A stretch of DNA of 64,000 nt from Chthonomonadales bacterium. Lineage in GTDB: Bacteria > Armatimonadota > Chthonomonadetes > Chthonomonadales > CAJBBX01. Of this stretch, positions 31,699 to 39,568 are shown in pieces. The notes beneath the pieces are model-generated. The model had not been told where the DNA came from and ran no database searches. It saw only the letters and a list, made by a program, of their open reading frames with translations. The first letter of the stretch is position 1, and every line of letters starts with the position of its first letter. The stretch spans positions 320,001 through 384,000 of the forward strand of contig JBBIPC010000001.1 of the NCBI GenBank assembly GCA_037443035.1. Reading direction: 5' to 3'. Position numbers and translations under genes: made by a program.

Positions 31699-33494
31699 CT
31701 TCCCGCTTCCTCCATAATCTCCTTCAGGTGTGGCGCCATCTCGGGTAGGGGAACCGGAGTGACTGACATCTCGCCGTTCTGCATTCTAACGACGACGTTC
31801 CTCTTGCCCCATTCAGGATCCATGGAGGGGTAGTCCGTTCGCCATTGAGCGCCGCGGCTCTCCTTTCGCGCTAGCGCGCTCCTCACAATGGCCTCCGACA
31901 GCAAGAGCTGGAAGCGGATGTCGCGAGCCGCATGCCACCCCGGGTTGTATGTTCGTGGCCCAACCGCTCTGACCCGCTTGCTTCGTTCCTTGAGCTCGAG
32001 TATGCGCGCCAAGCAACGCGATAGTCCCTCTTCAGTTCGCTCGATCATGGCATCCGCTTGCATCGCTTCTTGGAGTTCTCCAGCGAGGGTGGCAGGACTC
32101 TCGCCATCCTCCCGGTCCAGCGGACCGAGGAGGATCCTCTGCTCATCCTCGACAGCGCCGATGGGCACCGCAGCCATCTCCGCGCCACCTGCGTACGCCG
32201 ACGCGCCGTCGCCGGCCCGCTTCCCGAACACAAGAATGTCCGTCAGCGAGTTGCCACCTAGGCGGTTCGCCCCGTGCAATCCACCAGCGCATTCGCCGGC
32301 GGCGAACAGACCGGATACAGCAGTAGCGCACGTTTCAGGATCCACGCGAATGCCGCCCATGGTGTAATGCACCGTTGGATAGACCTCCATCGGCTCTCGC
32401 GTGATGTCCACTCCGCCTAGATGGAGAAACTGATCGCACATAGCCGGCAGTTTCCTGCGCACGTACGCGGCTCCTCGATGACTGACATCGAGATACACGC
32501 CCCCATGCTCCGTCCCCCGGCCAGCTTTGACCTCCTTGTAGATGGCTCTCGAGACTTCGTCCCGCGGCAGCAGTTCGGGCGGGCGTCTGTTATTGGCCTT
32601 GTCCTCCAACCAGCGCGCGGCTTCTTCCTCAGTCTCCGCGAACTTGCCTTGGTATCTCGCAGGCATGTACACAGGATCGAACATGAACCTGTCGCCGCGA
32701 GCGTTCCTCAGGATGCCACCTTCTCCACGAACTGCTTCCGTAACGAGAATGCCACGCATGGAAGGAGGCCACAACATCCCGGTAGGGTGGAACTGCATCA
32801 TCTCCATGTCAATCAAGTCAGCGCCAGCTTCCAGCGCCATGGCAGCACCGTCACCAGTAGACTCCCATGAGTTGGAGGTGAAACGGTACATCCGTCCCCA
32901 GCCACCGCTAGCGACTACGATGGCTCTGCTGCGAAAGAGGAGAAACCGTCCGGACACACGCTCGTAGCCGAAGGCACCGGCGATTCGGCCGTCGTGAACT
33001 AGCAGCCGCGTAATCGTTGTCTCCATGTGAACCGTCGGACCGAGGGACACGGCCTTGTCCTGCAATGTCCGGATCAGCTCCAGACCTGTGCGATCACCCA
33101 CGTGGTTGAGTCGCCGGTAGGTATGTCCCCCAAACGGCCTTTGGGCGATGAGGCCTTCGGGCGTTCGGTCGAAGACCGCTCCGTAACGTTCCAGCTCCAG
33201 AACTCGGTCAATGGCTTCCTTAGTGAAGATCTCCACCATCCGGGGGTTGTTCAGGTACGCGCCGCCCAGAATGGTGTCACGGAAGTGGACACGCCAATCG
33301 TCGGGCTCGTGCATGTTACCCAAAGCGGCGGCAGCTCCGCCCTCCGCCATGACCGTGTGCGCCTTTCCGAGCAGAGACTTGCAGACGATCCCGCACCGCA
33401 GGCCCGCCTCGCATACGGAGATGGCGGCCCGAAGTCCGGCTCCGCCTGCCCCCAACACGAGGACGTCGTACTCGATTGTCTCGTAAGGTTCCAT
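31695..33494 (-). CDS. sdhA: Succinate dehydrogenase/fumarate reductase flavoprotein
   Basis: GAGGAG, AHTVMAEGG (FAD histidine), QFHPTG, TEAVRGEGG, HYTMGG, HGANRLGGNSL. Confidence 0.95.
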   Translation of the reverse strand: MEPYETIEYDVLVLGAGGAGLRAAISVCEAGLRCGIVCKSLLGKAHTVMAEGGAAAALGNMHEPDDWRVHFRDTILGGAYLNNPRMVEIFTKEAIDRVLELERYGAVFDRTPEGLIAQRPFGGHTYRRLNHVGDRTGLELIRTLQDKAVSLGPTVHMETTITRLLVHDGRIAGAFGYERVSGRFLLFRSRAIVVASGGWGRMYRFTSNSWESTGDGAAMALEAGADLIDMEMMQFHPTGMLWPPSMRGILVTEAVRGEGGILRNARGDRFMFDPVYMPARYQGKFAETEEEAARWLEDKANNRRPPELLPRDEVSRAIYKEVKAGRGTEHGGVYLDVSHRGAAYVRRKLPAMCDQFLHLGGVDITREPMEVYPTVHYTMGGIRVDPETCATAVSGLFAAGECAGGLHGANRLGGNSLTDILVFGKRAGDGASAYAGGAEMAAVPIGAVEDEQRILLGPLDREDGESPATLAGELQEAMQADAMIERTEEGLSRCLARILELKERSKRVRAVGPRTYNPGWHAARDIRFQLLLSEAIVRSALARKESRGAQWRTDYPSMDPEWGKRNVVVRMQNGEMSVTPVPLPEMAPHLKEIMEEAGR

Positions 33495-33495
33495 C

Positions 33496-34341
33496 TCAGA
33501 CCAACCTCACATCGTTAATCACACCGGCGGCAACGAGGCGTACATAGAGATCTGCCAGACCTACGGTGACTAGACTTAACCAGAAGTAGAGGCCATGGCG
33601 CGCGTTCAGTACCGTCACCCAGTTCCACAACCGAGCCCGTATGGGCGCGCTGCTCAGGCGGTTCAGCCCCCCACCAACGAGATGTCGCCAGGAATGGCAC
33701 GAGAAAACGTAGAGCGACAAGAGGAGTGTGTCTGCGAAGAAGAGCACTGTGCCGAAGCCGACTCCAGCCCTATGTCCTCCCGCGGAGTTCACCATCCAAA
33801 ACGAGTCGTACAGATGCTTGAAATGGAACAGCACAACGATCAGGATCGCGTACAGCGCGTAGCGATGCAGGTTCTGCAGCAAGAACGGGAACGCAGACTC
33901 GCCGGTATACGCTCTGCGCTTCTCCAAGATAGGCTCGGTCATAGCGCAAGCTGGTGGATCCCAGAAGAACGCCCGATAGTAGGACCGCCTGCAGTAATAG
34001 CAGGTCGCGCGGAAGCTCAGGGGAAAGATTAGGACGAAGAACGCCGGTGAAATCCCCAACCTACCCGGCAGGTTCGGGAACCACTCATGGATGGGAGGCG
34101 AGTAGAAGGGAGACAGGTAGGCTGGTGCCCATGCAGCGCCATGGTCTAGCGCCTGGAGACCGCTGAAGTAGTTGCCCTCCAGCGCTCTCCAGATGGCGTA
34201 GACCGAGAACGCCACCAGCGTGACAATGACGAGCGCCGGTTCCACCCACCACGTGTCGGCCCTCACTGCTGTGGCCAGAGGCGCACGTCCCTGTTCGATC
34301 TCCGATGCTCTGTATCCGGACATCCTAGCCCATACCTCCAT
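33496..34341 (-). CDS. Single membrane anchor of Sdh1-type succinate dehydrogenase (Rv0249c-like)
   Basis: YLSPFYSP, FRATCYYCRRSYYRAF, PPACA, YTGE..FP, NLHRY, CHSWRH; multiple TM helices; immediately upstream of sdhA. Confidence 0.85.
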   Translation of the reverse strand: MEVWARMSGYRASEIEQGRAPLATAVRADTWWVEPALVIVTLVAFSVYAIWRALEGNYFSGLQALDHGAAWAPAYLSPFYSPPIHEWFPNLPGRLGISPAFFVLIFPLSFRATCYYCRRSYYRAFFWDPPACAMTEPILEKRRAYTGESAFPFLLQNLHRYALYAILIVVLFHFKHLYDSFWMVNSAGGHRAGVGFGTVLFFADTLLLSLYVFSCHSWRHLVGGGLNRLSSAPIRARLWNWVTVLNARHGLYFWLSLVTVGLADLYVRLVAAGVINDVRLV

Positions 34342-34358
34342 GTCTCATCGCTGCTTCC

Positions 34359-34387
34359 TTGACGGTTGCGAACTCCATTGTTATAAT
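34359..34387 (+). promoter_or_regulatory. Strong sigma70-type promoter (extended -10) for the GHMP kinase gene
   Basis: TTGACG-N17-TATAAT with TG at the extended position. Confidence 0.7.
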
Positions 34388-34511
34388 GTCACGTACGCAC
34401 ACCTTTTCCTGCGCCAGTCTAAGTATTTGGACGAAGCTGCCACGGCGGACGCGCGGCTGTCGAATGTACTGGCGCCGATACACTTCACCCTAAGCAACTG
34501 GGAGGCAGAGA

Positions 34512-35417
34512 ATGGTCATCGAAAGCCGTGCACCCGTGCGTGTGGACTTTGCAGGTGCGTGGACGGATGTAAACATCTTCGCGCGCGGCGCGGGCGGTGC
34601 CGTAGTGAATGCAACGATTGACAAGTATGTGCACGGACGTCTTGAGATCCACGATACAGTGGGCGCGGAGGAAGCGCCACAGGAGGGAATACGAGTCACG
34701 TACTGGTGTGATCTCCCGTCCGGCTCAGGGCTGGGTACGTCTGCTGCGCTGAATGTCTGCTGGCTCAGCCTGGTCCGGCAGCAGGTGGCGCCGGATCTGG
34801 CGCAGAAGCAGCGCATCGCCGAACTCGCCTACCAGCTGGAGGAGCTGCTCGGTATTCTCGGTGGCAAGCAGGACCAATATGCGGCGGCAGTTGGTGGAAT
34901 CTGTTACATGACCTTTGGCGATACCGTGAGTGTCGAGCGGCTGCCAGTCACAAAGAGTACGATCACTGAGTTGGAGTCCCGCCTTGTCCTATGCTACACG
35001 GGCAAGTCACGACTGTCGAGCACGATACACGAGGATGTCTGGGGGGCATTTCGAAGAGGAGAAACGACGACTGTCAACGCTCTCTACGACCTCCGGAACT
35101 GCGCCGTTCGAATGCGGACAGTTCTCCTCAATGGTACCGCCAACGAGTTCGGTGACCTCATCGGCCAGAGTTGGAAGCTTCAGAAGGCGCTCGCTCCATC
35201 CGTCACAAACACGCAGATCGAGGAGCTCTTCCGCGTCGCGTACGACGCCGGTGCGTTGAGCGGCAAGGCATGCGGCGCGGGCGGCGGAGGCTGCCTCCTT
35301 TTCTTCACCGAGCTGGGACGGAAACAGCCGGTGTCAGACGCGTTGGCAAAGGCAGGGGGACGGATCATACCCTTCCGGTTCGAGGACGAAGGTCTGCAGG
35401 TCAGCACGCTAGAGTAG
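34512..35417 (+). CDS. GHMP-family sugar kinase (HddA-like heptose-7-phosphate kinase family)
   Basis: RAPVRVDFAGAWTD, LPSGSGLGTS, GGKQDQYAAA, GKACGAGGGG; SD GGAGG. Confidence 0.85.
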   Translation: MVIESRAPVRVDFAGAWTDVNIFARGAGGAVVNATIDKYVHGRLEIHDTVGAEEAPQEGIRVTYWCDLPSGSGLGTSAALNVCWLSLVRQQVAPDLAQKQRIAELAYQLEELLGILGGKQDQYAAAVGGICYMTFGDTVSVERLPVTKSTITELESRLVLCYTGKSRLSSTIHEDVWGAFRRGETTTVNALYDLRNCAVRMRTVLLNGTANEFGDLIGQSWKLQKALAPSVTNTQIEELFRVAYDAGALSGKACGAGGGGCLLFFTELGRKQPVSDALAKAGGRIIPFRFEDEGLQVSTLE

Positions 35418-35425
35418 GTTCGCGT

Positions 35426-35525
35426 TCGGTGCCGAGACCGTGTGGTCTGACGAGTACGGCTCCACGGAGCCTGGTGGGATAGCTCCGGGAGCCGTACAGG
35501 TCGGGGAGACCGAGCACTTATTTTA
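35426..35525. other. Long imperfect inverted-repeat / structured intergenic element
   Basis: GTACGGCTCC (35454-35463) pairs with GGAGCCGTAC (35488-35497); inner CGGAGC/GCTCCG; outer GAC/GTC, GGTCT/AGACC and GTGT/GCAC; followed by TTATTTTA. Confidence 0.6.
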
Positions 35526-35579
35526 CGAGTGACAGCACGCCAGCGTTACGTCGCCGCCTGGGCCGCGAGGAAGGAGTTC

Positions 35580-36500
35580 ATGACCCTAGACGAGCTCGTC
35601 GTGGTTCTTCACAGCACCTACGGCGTTGGAAGTGCGACGCTGGCTACGCTATTGCGGGTTATGGCGATCCACCAGGTCGGCCCGGATGACGTCCAGCAAG
35701 CAACTCCAAGCGAGATCGAGGCCAACTTCGGTCTCTCCAGGGTTCAAGCCTGCCGCATACACGCTGCCCTGACGGGTCAGTCCCGGGGAGCGGCAGACGT
35801 TCTTGTCCGCCTCCAGCGCATCCAGGCGAGCGTGCTTACGTGCCACGATGCAGCGTACCCTGCGTCACTACTGCGATGGTTGAGGGATCCTCCATCCGTA
35901 CTCTATGCGCATGGTGATGTGACGCTCCTGGAGAAGCCGCTCATCGCCGTAGCCAACTCCAACGGGACTCCGTCAGAGCTCAGTGCACTAACGGTCCAGG
36001 CAGTGGAGCTGGCGCTGGACTTGGGTTACGTCCTCATCACAGGCCACAATCGGCCCGAATACCAGCAGCCTGCTCTCTTTGCGCGCCGCCATGGCAAGCC
36101 CGTCTGTTACGTACTGGACCGGGGACTTCTCACGGTCATCGAGAACCGGCCTCATGAGCCGCCTTTCAGCACAGCTCGCATCTGGCCCAGTGTGGACGGG
36201 ATGCGAGACCTGATCCTCTCCTCGGCCGCGCCATTGTTCCCGGGCGCAGCCGGATCCAATCGGTGGCGGGACAGACTGGTCATGGCGCTCGCCCAATGCA
36301 TTGTGACGGCGCACATTCGCCACGGTGGCAACATGGTGCGGCTCCTATCCGAAGCAGCGGGCGCCGGCAAGCGGATCGCCTGGCTCGGCAGCCCCAACGA
36401 CATGCCCGCTGCGCTGAGAGAACGCGAGAACGTATTCATGCTCCAGCCCGGCCAGGCGTCCCTCGACGCGTGGCTCGAGGAGGCCGTCTGCGCAGACTGA
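35580..36500 (+). CDS. Divergent DprA/Smf-like (SLOG fold) protein
   Basis: SD AAGGAG; N-terminal helical domain (YGVGSATL); YPASLLRWLRDPPSVLYAHGD; RDRLVMALA; canonical IVGSR and SGLARGID motifs not conserved. Confidence 0.7.
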   Translation: MTLDELVVVLHSTYGVGSATLATLLRVMAIHQVGPDDVQQATPSEIEANFGLSRVQACRIHAALTGQSRGAADVLVRLQRIQASVLTCHDAAYPASLLRWLRDPPSVLYAHGDVTLLEKPLIAVANSNGTPSELSALTVQAVELALDLGYVLITGHNRPEYQQPALFARRHGKPVCYVLDRGLLTVIENRPHEPPFSTARIWPSVDGMRDLILSSAAPLFPGAAGSNRWRDRLVMALAQCIVTAHIRHGGNMVRLLSEAAGAGKRIAWLGSPNDMPAALRERENVFMLQPGQASLDAWLEEAVCAD

Positions 36501-36514
36501 GCTTCGTGATCCCT

Positions 36515-36544
36515 AACAAAGACGGGGGTGTTTCGAACACCCCC
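36515..36544 (-). terminator. Intrinsic terminator between convergent dprA-like gene and khpA
   Basis: GGGGGTGTT-TCG-AACACCCCC hairpin; U-rich tail TTTGTT on the minus strand. Confidence 0.6.
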
Positions 36545-36575
36545 TGACAGACCTCTCAGTTTCCCGTGCAGTTGC

Positions 36576-36869
36576 TTACTCGTTCGATGCAGCGCCCGCA
36601 GGCTCGCCCACAACTTCCAGGTAGACACGCCGCTTGTTCTTCATGGCGCTGGCTTTGGCTAGGACGCGCATCGCATTGGCAATCCGCCCTTGCTTGCCGA
36701 TGGCCTTGCCGAGGTCGCTGGGAGCGACGTGTACCCGATACGTTGTTGCGATTTCGCCCGGCTCCTCGTCGACCCTGACTTCCTCGGGAAGGTCTACCAC
36801 AGCCTGAACGAGATACTCGATGAACGCCTTCATCTCAACTGGCCTCCTACCGACAGTGTTCTCTTCCAT
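36576..36869 (-). CDS. khpA: Single KH-domain RNA-binding protein (KhpA/YlqC family)
   Basis: LVQAVVDLPEEV, DLGKAIGKQGRIANAMR (GxxG loop); SD AAGGAG. Confidence 0.88.
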   Translation of the reverse strand: MEENTVGRRPVEMKAFIEYLVQAVVDLPEEVRVDEEPGEIATTYRVHVAPSDLGKAIGKQGRIANAMRVLAKASAMKNKRRVYLEVVGEPAGAASNE

Positions 36870-37130
36870 GGGACGCTCCTTACGCCGGCGGGTTCTGCAA
36901 GTTACTACCTCATGTGAGGCTCCAAGCATATCCCGGTTCGCGACCTACCTCTAACTCACCATTGTTACGTGTCGCGCGGCTGTCTGGTTCCCATCGCAGG
37001 CTCTTTCGAGCCCCGAGCAACGTCGTTGCGTGCTGCTATATAATACCGCAAGGGCCTTGTTTCTCCTCCTGTTCTCCAGAAGTCCGCGAAGAAATGCTGA
37101 ACGATTTACCTACCGGCTTTAGCATCACGC

Positions 37131-37901
37131 TCATCCAAGCCGGTAGACTGGTCTGCCCGATATCTCGGTATAGTGGCAGCGCGAGCACGATGCGGCCGGT
37201 ATCGAGCGTGGCTGCACGGGCCAGCGGTTGTACACGAAACGGTCCAGCAAGTGATGGAGGATCCATTCTGAATGGAAGTTCGGCACCGTGTCGCACCAGA
37301 ACTTGGCTTCGCGCAGTTGTAGCTCGCCCATTGCCATGGGAGTACCGCAATGCACGCAGTAACGGTCCCGGGCCTGCTCCTGCGCTGTGACCGCGAACCC
37401 ATCGTCCACAGGCATGCCCCACAGGAACAGGGTACGGCAACTCCCACACGATCGGGCTCGCATCTGCGCCCCTAGCAAGTTCCACCGTCGGGCACCGAGG
37501 AGCCGACCGAACAATCCTCTCGAAGCCCCGCGTGAGGCGGCGCTTCCAGCTTCCCGGACCTGAAAAACCAGCAATGAGCGTACTGGATTCTCGCCCTTAC
37601 CCATCGTGCGCCGGATGTACACGCGTCCAGCATAGACTTCGCCACCGCACAACGGGCATACGTTGGGAGCAGCGTTGGCTTTCTCTAATGCATCTGCAAG
37701 CACTATGCTGTATTGGCTGCCCAGCAAGAGTTGGGGAGTTCCTCGGCAGCGGAACGTGCTGCACCGGCCGTTCCTATTCCAGCACTCCTCATGGTGGCCA
37801 ACGAAACAGTGGGTGCACATTGCAACCGCGTCCTCCGCTGCCAGGCGGCGACCGCAGTACAGGCACGTTCGTACGATGCCATGCGACGTGTTGCCTTCCA
37901 C
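37131..37901 (-). CDS. Cys-rich protein: prokaryotic RING-like finger plus two zinc-ribbon domains
   Basis: CLYC-x11-CTHC-x3-HHEECW-x4-C-x4-C, then CPLC...CGSC and CVHC...CSRC. Confidence 0.65.
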   Translation of the reverse strand: MEGNTSHGIVRTCLYCGRRLAAEDAVAMCTHCFVGHHEECWNRNGRCSTFRCRGTPQLLLGSQYSIVLADALEKANAAPNVCPLCGGEVYAGRVYIRRTMGKGENPVRSLLVFQVREAGSAASRGASRGLFGRLLGARRWNLLGAQMRARSCGSCRTLFLWGMPVDDGFAVTAQEQARDRYCVHCGTPMAMGELQLREAKFWCDTVPNFHSEWILHHLLDRFVYNRWPVQPRSIPAASCSRCHYTEISGRPVYRLG

Positions 37902-37908
37902 GTCTCAC

Positions 37909-38859
37909 CTATCCGCCCATGTCGCTCGCCGGTCCGCGCGGGCGAACCACAAGCCATACGCCGAGCATGACCAAGACCGCACCTGCGATGCTCCACAATC
38001 CTAGAACTTCGTTCAGGAAGATGTATCCGAACACAGGACCCATGAGTGGCTGAATGAAGAGGAATGCCGCCATGCTCGACACTGGATAACGCCTTAACAG
38101 CGAGTACCAGATACCATAGCACACCGCCGAGCACACAATCGTGAGATATGCCACTGCCAGCCATTCTCGTGGTCCTGGCGCGCCAGCATGCCGGGTCACG
38201 CACTCGGCTATTGCGAACGGGCTCAGCACCGCAGCACCCAGTAGCATTCCCAGACAAGCCACCATGAGACCAGGGTACCGGCTTGTCAGGCGCTTTCCAA
38301 CCACACTGGAGTATGCCTCGAAGACGAGGGCTCCCGTCACGACTCCGTTCGCGAGGACACTGCCCTCGATTCTCGGCATCCACCCGCGCACGACGATGAG
38401 ATAAACTCCTGCGAAGCCAGCTAGCAGCCCCGCAGTCTGCGTTACGTGGAGACGCTCGTTCAGCACCGCCCTCGCAATAGCAGCTATGAGCACAGGCTCG
38501 GCTGCCACCAGGAGTGTTGTCTCCGTTGCGGTGGTGTACCGCATTCCACCGTAGAACACGGCATACGTCATGGCGATTCCGAACGTACCGAGAAGAAGGA
38601 ACCCGCGACGATCCGATGGCGCTACTGGCCGCCACTCGCCCCGCAATATGATGAACAGATACAGCAGCATGCCAGCCACGCCGAACCGAACGGCTGCAAG
38701 AGTGAATGGGCCTAGTTTTGCTTCACTGGGGCCGCTTCCCGATCCAAGCGCGACCTTGGCAGCAATGGACGAACCAGCCCAGAGGACGCATGCCAGACCT
38801 AGCAAGAGCGCCGGACCTAGTGTCCAGCGAACATGACTGCTAGCTGTAGGATTGCTCAC
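37909..38859 (-). CDS. DMT/EamA family transporter
   Basis: About 10 TM helices in two EamA repeats; LAAVRF, FLFIQPL, FLNEVL. Confidence 0.9.
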   Translation of the reverse strand: MSNPTASSHVRWTLGPALLLGLACVLWAGSSIAAKVALGSGSGPSEAKLGPFTLAAVRFGVAGMLLYLFIILRGEWRPVAPSDRRGFLLLGTFGIAMTYAVFYGGMRYTTATETTLLVAAEPVLIAAIARAVLNERLHVTQTAGLLAGFAGVYLIVVRGWMPRIEGSVLANGVVTGALVFEAYSSVVGKRLTSRYPGLMVACLGMLLGAAVLSPFAIAECVTRHAGAPGPREWLAVAYLTIVCSAVCYGIWYSLLRRYPVSSMAAFLFIQPLMGPVFGYIFLNEVLGLWSIAGAVLVMLGVWLVVRPRGPASDMGG

Positions 38860-39536
38860 CCGGTAGCCGCGCTCGTTAGGGTCTGCACCGCGTATCCTCC
38901 ACGTCGAGCCGCTTCCACAGTGACGCGAAGCGCTTGGGTGTCGTCGCGGTCGTCCTGCGTGGTGATCACGAACACCGCACTAGGGTCGCGCGGCTCGCCG
39001 ATCCGCGCGATCACGTTCGCGGGATCGTCAGCCAATCTCAGGCCAGATTCCGGCAGCAATAGAAGACGCGCGTCACCAGGCCGCCGAGGATCATCGTATG
39101 CTGGATGGTACGGGACCGGCGACACACTGTTAGATTCCGTGACAGTACCTACGGCGACGACAAGGCCCATCTCCTCGAGATTCCGGATATCGGAAGCTAG
39201 AATGCACGTGCCGTCCACCTTACAGCAGGCAGGCTTTATGTGGCTCTGCTTAAGCATCTCCTTACCGAGCCGGACTACGTCCGCACGGTACCGTGCGGAC
39301 GTGATGTCCCCCCCATTGCGCATGTCGAGACGAACTCCGATCTCGTGCCATGCAGGAATACGGTGCTGGTACTCCTGGTGATACAAGCTGACGTTCCCCA
39401 TCGGGTCGCGTGATGAGACGGTTATTAGCCACGTCAACGGCACGACGAGTTCCTCTGCAACCCCGATTAGCTCGCGTGCAAAGCAGCGTGCGCTACCGGC
39501 CGCCTGACATTCGACCGCGATGACGATCTTCCCCAT
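38856..39536 (-). CDS. Hypothetical protein, degenerate polysaccharide-deacetylase-like fold
   Basis: SD GGAGG before MGKIVIAVEC; VPLTW, HEIGVR and PYHP resemble CE4-type motifs lacking the metal ligands. Confidence 0.55.
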   Translation of the reverse strand: MGKIVIAVECQAAGSARCFARELIGVAEELVVPLTWLITVSSRDPMGNVSLYHQEYQHRIPAWHEIGVRLDMRNGGDITSARYRADVVRLGKEMLKQSHIKPACCKVDGTCILASDIRNLEEMGLVVAVGTVTESNSVSPVPYHPAYDDPRRPGDARLLLLPESGLRLADDPANVIARIGEPRDPSAVFVITTQDDRDDTQALRVTVEAARRGGYAVQTLTSAATG

Positions 39537-39568
39537 GTTAGGTCCTCCCCTTGTGTTCCTGACGTGCC

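Noticed and set aside
34345..34370. SRP RNA-like GTCAAGGAAGCAGC on the minus strand
   Set aside because: Lacks the CAGG-x-GGAA helix-8 hairpin and the flanking rod; it is simply the sdh leader
35413..35491. ykkC/guanidine-I-type riboswitch (TAGGTTCGCG...GGTCTGACGAG...GTGGGATAGCTCCGGGAG)
   Set aside because: Only loose resemblance: lacks the AGGGUUCCG, ACAC and AAAAG core positions; kept only as an unassigned structure
35447..35505. Hammerhead ribozyme (CTGACGAG followed by a long stem)
   Set aside because: The stem is followed by AGGT, not the essential GAAA, and no stem III or NUH cleavage site can be built
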